A stretch of 64,000 nucleotides of DNA, taken from Camelus dromedarius. Its lineage: Eukaryota. A program made the translations under genes and the position numbers. The number at the start of each line of letters is the position of its first letter. The first letter of the stretch is position 1. The stretch spans positions 76,386,001 through 76,450,000 of the forward strand of contig NC_087436.1 of assembly GCF_036321535.1 (NCBI RefSeq). Reading direction: 5' to 3'. A model generated the notes under the pieces. The model saw only the letters and a list, made by a program, of their open reading frames with translations. It was not told where the DNA came from and made no database searches. Shown piece by piece: positions 13,410-26,670 of the stretch.

Positions 13410-14540
13410 AATAAATAGATACATCCCATTCATAGATTGAATGGCTCGATATGGTTATGTTCCCCCAAATTAATGTATAGGTTCCTGTAGGTTATTTTGA
13501 AGAATAGAGAAGCTATTTCTAACATTTATGTGGAGATAGAAAGTATGTGGAATGACCAGTTTTAAATGAAGACTTCCACTACCTGATTTCAAGATTTAAT
13601 ATAAAGCTAGAAGAATAGAGTGTGGTTTTGGCATACAGATGGATAAGTAAATAAATGGAACAAAATGGAAGGTTTCAAAATAGATGCACAGATACAGGAT
13701 TAATCGATTTTTGAAAAAAAATGTAAAGGGAATTTCAATCAGAAAAGAGAGGTCTTTTTTAACAAATGCTGCTGGAACAATTAGACATCTGTATGGAAAA
13801 CTCCTCTGTCACTCTTTAAACACACACACATGAAGTCATTTGAAATGGATCATAGACTTAAATGTAAATCCAGAATCATGAAACTTCTAGAAGAAAACAT
13901 AATGTAATATATTTACAACCTCTGCATTGGAAATTTCTTGGTGAAGACACAAAAAGCACAAACGATGGAAGAAAAAAGTTAAATTAAGCTTTGTTACAGT
14001 TAAAAACTTATGTTTATCAAAATATACCAGAAAGAAAAGGTCTAATATTCAGAATATATAAAGAACTTCTCTAAGTCAACAATAAAAATTCAAATAATCC
14101 AATTAAAAAACTGAGCAGAAAACTTGAACCCACATTTACAGAGAAGATACACAAATAACCAATAAATGAAAAAGTGCTCAGTATCATTATTCATCAAAGA
14201 AATGCGAATTCACAATGAGTTACTACATCGCACCCTCCAGAACACCAATACTAAATGTTGTTACAGATGTGAGAACCTGGAGCTGTCATATATTGACAGT
14301 GTCAAATGGTACAACACATCCGCCCTATGACATTGTAGCTCACTTTTAGATATTTACTGAAGAAATTTAAAAACGTGTGTACAAAAGATTTGTATAAGAA
14401 TACTCTTATTCAGGAAGCCCAAAATTGGGAAGCAACACAAATGTTCAACACTAGGCAAATAAATAAACAAATTGTGGCATATAGATGACTACTTACCAGT
14501 AAAAATAAATGAATTACTGATACATGCATTAAATGGACTA
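13410..14540 (+). mobile_element. Ancient L1 (L1ME-like) ORF2 3' region
   Basis: actacctgatttcaagattt, aacaaatgctgctggaacaattagac, aaacttctagaagaaaacata. Confidence 0.85.
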
Positions 14541-15077
14541 ATTCAGGCCCTGGCATCATTTACCTGTTTGCAGAATTCTTCTGCGATTGGAACCACTCTT
14601 CACTTTTAGTATGTATAGATGAAAACTTAAAATTGAAAATGAGCTACATTAGTTTAGACACAGCTGTTTAACCTAAATGAAAAATTATGCTGAATAAAGT
14701 TGTATGAAATTCAACTTTTGCTGCTACATGTGTTAGAGTCTTCAGATGTATTATTTTAAAAGTGACTACTAACAGTACTTCTCAGAAAATTTGTTTCTTA
14801 TGGTTTTCAGGGGTCAGTGATATTGTCGTGGCTCCCAAGGTGAATGACAAATGTTAACAATTTTTTTGTGAAAGTTATGTGATCATTATTTACCTTTCTT
14901 AGAAAGAGGGATGTATTTCTTGAGTTTTCTTTACAATACATTCTGATTTTATTGAGTTTATTACTGCCAAAAACTTTAATACAGAATACAAATACTTACC
15001 AAAAAATAAAAAAGAATACTTGTAGATTTGACTTACAATAGTTACAAAACTACTGTGGCAAAGGGTACACACTATAT

Positions 15078-15265
15078 CCATGTTGTTCAATAGAAATTTG
15101 GACAGTGATGACAATGTTCTGTACCCACACTGCCCATTACTGTAAGTCTTTAGTCAAATGTGGCCCTTGGAATGGGGCTAGTGTGATTGAGATACTGAAT
15201 TTTAAATTTATTTAATTTTAATTAATTTAAATTTAAATAATCAGTGATTATCTATTGGGCAGATA
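15078..15265. mobile_element. MER3/MER33-type hAT MITE
   Basis: gttcaatagaaatt...gtgatgacaatgttctgta...ctgaattttaaatttatttaattttaattaatttaaatttaaata. Confidence 0.75.
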
Positions 15266-18200
15266 GCTATACACTCAACAACAAACTGACTCAGCTTCTT
15301 CCTATACACACTGTAGTTACAGGCACAGCTAACTTGTACCTCTGATCTCACCCACTAAAGACCCTGATAGCTTCATTCATCTTCCAGGCTGTGATATGAA
15401 CCACAGAACAATTGGATGGAACCTTACATGAACATCTGCTGCAGCCATGTCAAATACTTTTCCCACTACCATCCAAGACCAGAAGGCATTAGCTGTCCCT
15501 AGTTGTTAGAGTTTCCATTTAAACTCCATTTTTCTGTGAGTGCTCAGTATGCTGTCCTTGAAAGGGAGCTGTTTGCTCTATTGCATATGGAAAATATTGG
15601 AGATTCTGGTTACTGTTGATCACCTTTGGACTGAACCACAATGTTGCTTCATCTGCTTCTCACAAACTATCATGGTGAGAGCTAGAATTAGGTGGAAGGT
15701 ATAAGCCATCTTGCTTCATTTTATGTATCTATTAATAACAATACTTATTTTAAAAAACATTAAAGTCAGGAAAAATGCTAATCTACATGGATGCCTCTAC
15801 AATATATATAATCTGGGACTGTCCCTGGAAAATTGAAACATATGGCCACCTTAAGGATAAGACATTATCTTGTCTCAAACAAAAATTCAATGGTGGAAAA
15901 AAACAAATAAAAGCATAAGGAATTTATAATTGGGATTAAAAATACCAAATAATTTAAAAAGCATGAAAGAGGTGAAATACACTTAAAAGTATTGCTTTTG
16001 GGGCAAAAATCTGCTGCTAAATTATCATCTGTTCACTCAAAATAAAGTGAAAAATTAAATTTATGTGAAATTCACAGTTGAAAATAGTTTACTTCTTGTA
16101 AGACAACAGTTTCTATTAAAAGTGCAGCCAAGTCTATTTCATCTATGATTAAAAGCAAATTTCTAGAGTTTCTGGAAATCAGAGCGAAAAAGAAAGGATA
16201 AGAAATAATTCTACTTTTGAGTTCATAGTTTATTCCTAGAAAGTGTTTAATTTCTAAATTAAATATTTGGAATAATAACGAAGGAAATCTTTTAAGACAT
16301 GTAAGTTTTTAATGTCCTCAGCTTATTTGGTAATATGTAATGAAACAAGCAACCGATCCTGCAATAAAGTAATAGTTGTTGCATACAACTGCCAATTAAA
16401 TTATTTTTAAGTTTTATTTATTTTTTATCACATATCTCAGTCCAACTTACACAGTTATAAAAATGCATCTTCAGCAAATATATCTGTTTAAATTCATCTG
16501 TCTAAAGTGAAGGATCTGGCTTATAATGACACCACCAAATCAGTGGAAACTGTAATAAAATGAAAGCAAAAATTAAGAAGGAAAGTGAGTGAGCATTATA
16601 TATACTTAGTCATTTACATCTTGTGAATTTAGTAGTGATGAAGATTTGTAACAAATTAATCTGAAGTGCTGTCACTATTGTTATATGTCACTTGTCATGT
16701 ATTTCTGGAAAAATTAGCAGATTTACAAAATATATAGGTAGAGAAAAAGCATTAAATACAGGAACCTTCACTTTTCTAAAAGATTTTGTACCCATTATGC
16801 ATTATTGGTGGAGATGGAGGAGATCCCAGAGGTTATCAACACATGAGCAATTGTACTGAAAGCTTGAATATTCAATTAAACAAGGGAATCAAGGAGTGTC
16901 TGGGTACTGATTTACAAATTTGGATTTATCTTAGTTTAAAATGTCTTTATAGTAAAGAAAGTGTTATAGGAAGTCTTTGCAAAAAGTTTAAAAATAAAGC
17001 AATATGCCTGTCCTTTGTGTTCAAAAGTTTTCTGTTTAGAAATCCGAAGGATAGCTTTCTTAATTTGGCATCTGGAAGAAGAAATGACAAATTCAAAACT
17101 ATTTTTCCTTCTGAAAAGAAAAAAATCTGAAAGGTAAGAGATTAAAGAGAAATTTTAAATCCATTTTGTTAGAATAACAAAACTGTTATATTTAAAATTT
17201 GTTCGAATAATTTAATTTATGTACTTTGCATTTTGGAACCACCATTTAATTGGGGAAAAAAAAACCCTATCCATGAGTTTTGGGTTGTGTACCCAAGAAT
17301 TTTACTGTCTTAATATGACTTAATATGATCTTATAAACTTAATTTTATCATATTTGTGGATATCTTAAGTTCATCAAAGCCGCGTACACATCTCAGTACT
17401 GTGTTCATACTAGAGAGTTTTCAAAGTCATACTTCTGTCATCACTACATTGCTATATATTGCTTAGGTTGGCCAGTCTCTCCCCTCACCTTTGTTCCAGC
17501 CTGGTTTCTTCTGCTCTTAGACTCCTTAGAATGCTAAAGTCTGTTATTTTTGTTTGGAATTTGAAATTGATTACATTTCTGTTTAATTTCAGAACATACT
17601 ATTTCAAAGAAAAATTTTATGTTTTATATCATTTTTGCATTATATGAATGATCCTAAATCACTTTAAAAATAGCTGTAGGTCCATCATAGCTTTTCTCAA
17701 ATGAAAACATTTGTAAATTATTTTGATATGTACTTAGTGCTTTTTAAATCTCTAAAGCTAGCACCTCTCATCCTTTTTTGATACATAGATTGATTTGTAT
17801 CTTGTTACTCTGATTTCTTTACAACCTTCCCATTCTCCCCCCAAATTTTCAACCATTTCATGATGGGGAGATTGGTCACTCTCTTTAAAAGTTTCATGAA
17901 ATAAGAGACTGGCTATTTTATAAAGAAGGTTGTCATGGGACCTCCTGGAGTAACACCTCTACTATAATAATACCTGAAAAGTTGTATATCCCAGTACCTA
18001 TTAGAGTACCTGCTGACAGAAGACATTCATTGTTTGTGGAACAAAATGTACCACTCAAATGCAAGATTCTGATTGGTTGTTGCCCATGTAATACCACTCT
18101 CACTTGTAATCACATTCTTAATATAATTTCTATAAGTTTATTCTCCTATATTTCTCTTTCAGTTTTCTGAATGAACTTATTTTGTCATTAAGTGGCAATT

Positions 18201-20539
18201 TTGATAGTATTATCTGATATTTGCCCAACAGAGGGAACTTTCATGTGTATCTAGTCCTATGCAAGTGTTCAGATTCCTGTTTCTGAAACTTCAATACTTC
18301 TGTGAAGGCAGAGGCTACATAGATAGGTATTTATACTCTATTCTTATTTAAAGGAAAGTTATTTTCCATATCCTGAGTGATAAGAACCTTTGAAAGAAAA
18401 AGTGTCAGAAGATTTATTTGATTACCCTAGTGCTTAAATGGGTTTCCAGGTTGCTAACTAGGAGGAATTTGCTCTTTATAATTTAGCTCAAGAAAGAGCA
18501 TGCTTTCAATGCATGCTCTCATGCTCTCAAAACATCCTGTCAAAAGACCTTGCGAAAATTAATGGCTTAGAACTGATGCTAAGCTTTCAAGGATGCTGCA
18601 GTGATTTATTGAGTGGTGCCAGTCTCCGTCTTCGTTGGGTGGAGAGTACTTGTCTTCATGTAACAGGGCTAATATTACTTCAAGCTGTTGTCAGTTGACT
18701 TGGTAAAATTGCTTAGATACACTCCCCATGCAGTTAGCTGGTGATGATTACCCTTAAGTATTCACAAAGCAGAAGCCCCGGGGAAGCACTAATTAGCCAC
18801 CCGCAAGGATGATGTTCCAGCCACGCAAGCAATCTCCTGAAGTCTCTGGGCTGTAATGAGGACCAAGCCCCAGTGACAGGGCCTGCTCTGTGCTGTGCTA
18901 CTGCATCAAGGTTCAGCAATTTTCAAGGAGAAAGTGATTAGAGTCAGATCCGGGACTGCACGAAGTCTGTTAATCACCACACAGAGACTTCGGGTGTTCT
19001 GAAGCCACAGGAGGGAATAGGCTCTTAAGAGCTAAAGGAGGAACTGGCATATGTTGTTGAGTCAGGGAGGAGGAAATCTGCTTAAATATTTAGAGATTTA
19101 GAGTATGAGATCCCTTTGGTCTCTGCATAGTTAGTACCTGGATCTCTTTCTTTTAATTAAAAAAAGCAAAAAGTATAGCTTCACTGGGTAAAATTAACCT
19201 GGCTAGTGAGTGTCCTAGTATCTCTTTATAGCTTCCCTCTTCTTTCTCCTCTATTAACAGAGCAGTAATCAGTTTGACACTAGACAAAGAAGGATGGCAG
19301 TGAGGTGTGTGTGTGGGTGTGATGTGCAGGTCCATTTAGTTGTGGCTTCACAGCAGGAATGTGACTGGATCTGCATCAGGATAACTATAGTTTTCCATGA
19401 TGGAAAACTTTGGGGAATCAAAAGCTAATGGAAGCAGGACAAATAACTCTCCTTTGCTCCCTGATAACGATAAAAGTTAGGAGAAAGAGGAAAAATAAGA
19501 ATTCTGAAAATGATTCCTAGAGGAGAATTGGGACTTGATCACTCAATTCCTGGCAGTGGAAAAAAGCAGTAGAGGCTTCCTTTGGTTCAAAACTGAAACA
19601 GTTGAGAAGAATGAGGAAGGACCATGAATACCCACACTAATGTCAAAAGTTAACTTGGATCCTTGATTTACAGTAAGCAAAGGGAAAAGTTCACTTCTAC
19701 ATGGGGAAAGAGTGATTTCCAACTATTTGTAATGTAGTGGCATTCTTCTATGGATAGCAGTTTCTAACCTGGGTTTTTGTTGGCACTGCAGCAAGCATGA
19801 CTCAATTGTTAATTTCATCTCGAAGTTCCAGAGAAGGCCAGGACGTTTTTGCATGTGAGAACTAAATAATGAGGATATTTTTTGTGCCACAAATTTAGGA
19901 AATTATAATGTCCATTTAAAAAGTTAGGGATGGCTGTATTTGGCAATATGTTAGAGGTGGCTGTATTATACATGTGATATTGGTATATTTAAAGGATTAT
20001 TATTATAGTTGCTACAATTTAAGGGGAAGATAAAACAAAAGCAAAATAGCAAAGGCGCAAAATGGAAGTACTGAGTTTTTCGTTAATGAAAAGTAAAGGA
20101 GAGAAAATGATTTCTAGATAGAATATTTCAATATTTATATTGAATAGTAAATATTAATATCTTGATAAGTAAAATCCTCATTAATAAAATGAATGAAGTT
20201 TAGGAGGTATCTTTTGTTGTAGCTTTGCAGAAAATCAAATCCTTGAGTGTGTCTGGAAATTTGTGCAAAGAATGTGGAATAAATTCCCACATTCTTATAG
20301 TTAATTACAAGTTATCTTGTAGTCTTGTAATTAGATAATGTAGTTATTATTTTTTGGTTGTGCTATCTTGATTTTTTAAATTTTATATAATAGAAATATC
20401 TTTCAGGGGTAAAATCTTTTGTTCTAATTTTATGAAATGTATTTTACACTAAAAAAGTTAAACTAATTTTATTCAGAGCCTTAAAACTCGATTTTATCAC
20501 CCTTTTACAATATTTAGTTTGAAAGACGTTCTTCAGGGC

Positions 20540-21674
20540 ACTTCTAAAGAAAAAAATGGCGCTGCATGGAGTTAAACAGGCAAAGGGAAGACTATTCAAG
20601 ACTATTGCAGTAAGGGTCAAAAATACCCCACTAGGAGAGAGAGCTTGAACTCAACTCCTTTGAAACAAAAGGCAGAGAAGTTTGTAAGCTTGGGATGAGC
20701 TAGTGGGGAAGTCCAGGCGGATATTATGGGGAGTTTGGTCAGTGTGACTAGGCCATCCTTGTTTGCCTATTAGTGCTTACAGGTTTCTGCCCTCCTGAAG
20801 AGACTGAGAGATAGGGGCCTTATCTTTCTTTCATTTTTAAAAAATTTATTTATTTATTTCCTTTAGATGAATTTTTTTTTTAATTGAGGTATAGTCAGTT
20901 TGCAATGTTATGTCAATTTCTGGCATACAACATGATAGTTTAGTCATACATATACGTGCATATATTTGTTTTCATGTTCTTTTTCATTAAAGGTTACTAC
21001 AAGATATTGAATATAGTTCTCTGTGCTATATAATATAAATCTGTTGTTTATCTATTTTATATATAGTAGTTGGTATCTGCAAATCTCAAACTCCCAATCT
21101 ATCCCTTCCCACCCTCTTCCCTCCCTGGTAATCATGTTTGTCTTCTATGTCTGTGAGTCTGTTTCTGTTTTGTAAATAAGTTAATTTGTGTTTTTCTTAT
21201 ATTCCACATATAAGTGGTAGCATATGGTACTTTTCTTTCTCTTTCTGGATTACTTCACTTAGAATGATGATCTCCATGTCCATCTATGTTGCTGCAAATG
21301 GCAGTATTTTATTATTTTTTATGACTGAATTGTATTCCATTGTATAAATACCACAAGTTCTTTATCTAGTCATCTGTTGATGGACATTTAAATTGTTTCC
21401 GTGTCTTGGCTATTGTAAATAGTACTGCTGTGAACATTGGAGTGTGATTACATCTCAAAGGGATGGCTCTAAGTTCTTGAGAAAGACGTTCTTGGGTTGT
21501 ATAACTGGCAAGAGGCTGGAAGAAGATCTACATCTCAGAAGGAGAGAAATAATTTATAATGACAAGTTTTAAAGTAAATGCTCTAAGAAAAGAGGTCAGG
21601 GACCTATAGTTGGAAAGAAACCTGTCTGGAGTTTAGTCAAGCTAAGGGGAACAGTAAGGCTGTTTTTTCTATCA
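20540..21674 (-). mobile_element. MER67-like ERV1 solo LTR, split by an L1
   Basis: Minus strand begins tgatagaaaaaacagccttactgttccccttagcttgactaaactccagacagg...cttagagcatttacttt. Halves at ~20540-20829 and 21445-21674. Confidence 0.75.
20830..21444 (-). mobile_element. Young 5'-truncated L1 3' end (camelid-like)
   Basis: Poly(T), then aattgaggtatagtcagtttgcaatgttatgtcaatttctggc...ggttactacaagatattgaatatagttc. Confidence 0.9.
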
Positions 21675-21899
21675 ATTGCTAATACAGCACAGTATCAACA
21701 ACTGTAAATGTAATTTATTTTCTCCAGAACTGCCTTAAGATCATGAAAGTTTTCATTTTTCAGTTCTTATAGTCACTAGGTAATATGGAGCAAATAAAAA
21801 TTGTCTTGAAATATTCAGAGAAATAACTTCTAAAATATACCAAATACAAATTTTAGAAATGTTATTAATAAAATAATTTTAAATGAAATAGTTAATACC

Positions 21900-22095
21900 A
21901 ATATATTATTGAGATATGACCTCATGCCAGGTTGTGTGCTAAATCTTTCACCTCTCTTCATCTTCTGCCGATCCACTGGTTGCATGTATAGCTATCACCG
22001 TTTTGCAGATGAGGAGAATGATACTCCCAGGGGTTGTGACTTCCTTTGAGTCCCACAAGTGATGAATGTAGAGTGAAAGTTGATTTTAGACTTTT
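21900..22095 (-). mobile_element. MIR SINE
   Basis: atgccaggttgtgtgctaaa...gttttgcagatgaggagaatga. Confidence 0.65.
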
Positions 22096-25000
22096 TACCA
22101 GAATGTGTGACCAGATACATTTTGTATGAAACATCAATATGCAATTTTTATATAATTTTATTTTGACTGCTCACTCAGCCTGTGAAAAATCTAATTTTTG
22201 CATCTAATGTAGATCTATAGACATTACAACAAAACTCTGTGCACTCTGTGGATTATGTAGTAGTCTGAAAGACCTTGCTGTAGGTACTGAGGAATACTGG
22301 GTATTGTTTCCTGAGGGCTTTAAGTGGGTGTACATCCCTCGTGTGACTTAGATGGATTCTTACATGAACCAAAGGGAGAAGGACGCTCGGAATGCATTTT
22401 CTTCCAAATTCAGGATTCAGTCATTCCATATCAACACTTGTTTTCCTTTTAGTTTGTAAGTGGAAGTAGATACATTATTAACTTAGCTCAAACAATAAGC
22501 TTTCATTTCCAATATTTTGTTCACTTTTTATGTCAATATTGCTAAAAGTTAAAAGTACTGCTTTTAACTATGATGCCTTGGATATATTTTCAGAAAAGTG
22601 CATATAATTTAAGCTTATTATGGCAAAGTATTCCCAGGAGCTTCATTCAGTGAGAAACCATAGTTAATAAAAGAAAGGTTTATAAAAGCAGAACTCTGTG
22701 ACTCATTTCACTTGAATCAATATAATAGGATACTATCAAAAATTATTTACTTGAACTTCACCTAGTATTAAAATCTTCCCTTAAAGGATACAGTGTGAGT
22801 AAGAGAGACCTATTTCCTGCCCTAACAAAGATTGTAGTCCCTTCCAGTACCTACTTCTTGTTTTCTATTTCAAGTAGAAGTCATCTTCTTTTAAAAAATA
22901 AAGTAAAATTGAGAATTAATTTTTAAAAAAATGATAGCATGACCGATTACTCTATTAGACTTTTATACAAGGGTGATTGTCAAGAAAAGCTTATGTGATA
23001 CTTTTTTATCCTTCATCCTGGTTTTCTAATCATAGCATATTCACACCAAATACTGAAGACAACTAAGGGAATACCAATTAAGTGTTTTATGGATAGGTGA
23101 GAGAAGAATCTGGTTCTTTTACTATCTTAATACTAATGTTCAGAGAACCAGGGAAGGGAAGCTATGAGTCACCAATAGCATAGTCAGTCTTGGTCATTAA
23201 AGAAAGGGCTACCCCCTAGTTACAACGTTAACTCATCAGATTGTTGTCGGGGTTTCTCTCTCAGTCCTGTGTTTTGCAATAGCAACTACTGCTCAAGTGG
23301 CAAATCTTAAGACATTTGAGTTTAATATGATTGATGCAATTATTAGTTATCATTCGAATATCTTCTTGGTTTTTCATCCTATGTCACACCATTTCACTTA
23401 CAACTAAAGGTAAACTAAAAAGAAGTTATGAGATTTTTCTCAGGGCTTCTTTTTTTTTCCCTAAGGGGCTTCAAGTCAGCTGTGGTTACTGTGCTTCTTA
23501 CTCATTCACCAAAGCTCATAAAAAGAGTAGCAGTGCTTTCACACTAATAGCACTAATAACTACTTCATTATGTTTCAAGTGGCTTCCTTTCTGTCTTATG
23601 TTTATATTTAATAACAGTAGCAGCTTCAAGTTCTATTTCCCTAGATATTGTTATTGTTCCTGAAAATGCTGAAAGATCTTATATTTTATATGGATCCTGT
23701 TAAAAACTTAACATATGTGTGTCAGTGAGGCTTTCTTCACATAATCCTTGAACTTGACTATATACAATTGGAGACCTGTTGTTAAGGGTGTATGTGTGTG
23801 TTTAATTAACCATACAGGTCAGACTTACTTTCATTTTAGTTTGATTTATTGTGGTTGATCGATTGATTGCTTTTTGGTACAGAAAAGAAGGTCTGAGAAG
23901 AAAACTTTTGACTATGTCATGTCAAAATCCTCAACTAAGGTTCTCATTTATTTCTAATGTTGCTACTGCCTAATTATATTAATCTACTGATATATACTGT
24001 GTGATTATCTACAGAAATGAGTAAAAGTATTTATTAAAATTTTTAGAAAGCAAAGAAAAAATAGAAAAAAATTAAAAAACAAACAAAAAATAAAATATTT
24101 AGAAAGCAGAGAGAAAAAAGATTTCTGAGGAGACACAATGCTGAATGTCAAATACTATTTTAAAATGAAAACAAATGTAAGGATTGAGTTGGTGTATGCT
24201 TTTTTTCATATATACTAGTACAGTACACAGTGGTGTCAGGCTATATTTCATCTGTTACAGCAGAGACTTACAGGCAAAACTATTTTTGTTTTTTTCAAAG
24301 CATGAGATAGCCAGCCACATGAAATGCTTCTCTCCCATGAAGTATAGGACGTTGTATGTTTGCTGTTAATTTCCTGTGTCCTGCCTGTGAGTGGGTGAGT
24401 TGAGTGAGTGAATCACTGCTGGTGCTCAAAGACTTTCCAGCCTAAGAAGTTCTTAGGCTATCTAACACGTTCCATGTAATCCACTTAATTGCACACATAA
24501 GCTTGTCAGGAGAACTTCCAGCTAAAAGAATCAATAATGTATTCAGAGCACAGTTGGAAGACACTGATAATAGAGTTTCAGCTTTCCAGAGTATGCTGGG
24601 TGACTCTTGGCAGCCTGGTCAATAATTAGGCCAATAGCTTCTGGAGCTTGATGGTCAGGATTTGAGATTCTGATTAAGTGACAGTGCGAGTGAATTAGGA
24701 GTCTGACTGCCATATATTACATCCTAAATTATAATTGGGGATCTTCCAGTCTAGTCAGTTAATTATGAAACCCATAGCCTTCATTCTAGAAATACTCGTT
24801 AGTGTCCAAATGCATGACATAAAAAGCATAAGGTGACTTTTTACATTTTGTAAAACATATATGTAACTATTGGGCAAACTCCCAAGTGAAAATTAGGCCA
24901 TGCATTGCTTTACTGCACTTACTAAAACTGCGTTTAACACTTTTTCGGTCTTGCCATTTAAAAATGAGAGTTGTCAGTGACGTTGGACTGCTCTCTTTAT

Positions 25001-25419
25001 CTCTCTCTGTTTCTCTCTCACTCTTTCTGTCTCTATTCCTCTGTTCTACCACATCTAATTCTAGTTTTTTTGGTATAAAGAAAAACATTTTTACCTCTTT
25101 GTTGGCTTACATTAAAATTTCCTATTTCCAGAAATATTTAGAAAAATATCAGAAAAAAAATTAAAATGGCATTAGGCATATTATACATGGTCAATGTAAT
25201 ATAAATTCTGTTTGTATATGGTCCTAATAATATATATCCAAATTCCCAGTGTGAGGGAGTGAACTGGATGATTACTAGATGTTCCAGATGGGTTTGTGTA
25301 AAGAAACAAAACTCTAGAAAAAATTGCCTTATTGTCATTGAAAGTTATACTTCTGTTTACACACATGTAAATTTCAGTTGCTTTGGGTTTACATTTAAAA
25401 AAAGACATTCATCTTATTC

Positions 25420-25800
25420 ACAAGTACTTGTGGTGTATCACATGCACAAAACACACAAGGTGGTTGTTCACAAGCGTCATGTGCTAATGGAGTGGGGTTC
25501 AGGAAATAAAGCATACGTGCATGGATACATAACTATACACATGCATAAATAAGTAAAGAGAATTACAGATCAGAAAACATGTTAACATGAAAAAGTGACA
25601 AGGGGTATGGGATACACTTTTGACAGACAAGTCAGAGAAACCCTCTCTAAAGAGCTGACATTGTGACCTGAGATTTCAGTGATGAGAAGGAGCCAACCAT
25701 AAAAAGATCCAGATGAAAAAGAAACTCCAACACAGAGGCTCTGAGGAGGGAGCAAGATGACCATCAGGATGATGGGAAAGAGCCATGGGATTACAATGTC
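25420..25800 (-). mobile_element. L2 fragment
   Basis: gtcagagaaaccctctctaaagagctgacattgtgacctgag...gaaggagccaaccat. Confidence 0.7.
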
Positions 25801-26204
25801 AGAAACACAGACCAACTTCCCATCTTGGATAAGCTCATATATTTCTCTGATGAGTTTCCCTTACTGAACAACAGGGCTGGCACATAGTAGGCATTCAGTA
25901 AGTGCTCATCAGATGAATAAATGGACGAGAAACAAATCTCTTAAGTGAAAATGATACATTGTTCTGATGTTTCTGATGGACTATGTTGTTATCAACTGGT
26001 CAAGACAAGAGTAACAGAGCAAGTCTGACATTATGATGCCGTACTGAATTATCTGGGTTCCAATCCACTAAGTAAGAATTAGATTACATAATATTTGTCA
26101 CTTGTTTGAAAATGAAATTTTAATAAAATGAGGTAATACATGTAAAAAAATCATAGAATCAGCAAATTCGAAACCTAACAGAGACAACAGAAATCATCTG
26201 AACT

Positions 26205-26670
26205 CTCTTGCTACCTGAAATTTGGTCTGGGGACTAGCCGCATCAGCATTGCCTTGGAGCCTGGAAGAAATGCAGAACCTCAACTCCCAACTCCACCTCA
26301 CAAATGAGAATTTACATTTGAACAAGATCCTAAGGTGACTGATTTTTAGGCACATTAAAGTGTGAGTAGTACTACTGCAGAAGGATAATTTCCAGATACT
26401 AGATTTTGCAGCTCTTAATGGTGGTCACTGGGAGTAAGGATTTTTTATTTTTAGATTACTGGCCCCCGACCCTTGAATAGTAAAGTTCTGGATTAGGGAC
26501 ACGTGTATCAAACAGACAAAAACTGTCTAGTTGATTCTGATGCACTCTAATCCATTCATTTAGGGTTGCCAGATTTAGCAAATAATGTGACAGCTTACAT
26601 TAAAAATTATTTGCCATTTATCTGGAAGTCAGATTTAACTCTGCATCCTCCATTTCATGTGGCAGTTTTA
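26205..26670. mobile_element. Cluster of hAT MITEs: MER5A, a second MER5-like element, and an internally deleted MER53 (~26560-26670)
   Basis: gcatcagcattgccttggagc...gaaatgcagaacctca. tagggttgccagatttagcaaataa is a MER53 terminus. Confidence 0.75.

Noticed and set aside
17040..17133. Exon-like segment (ttttctgtttag ... AAG/gtaaga) with one open frame
   Set aside because: Peptide not recognised and no partner exons. Such pseudo-exons are common, so RNA-seq would be needed.
18495..18519. 9-bp hairpin agagcatgc/gcatgctct
   Set aside because: Too short for a miRNA or structured RNA call, and expected by chance.
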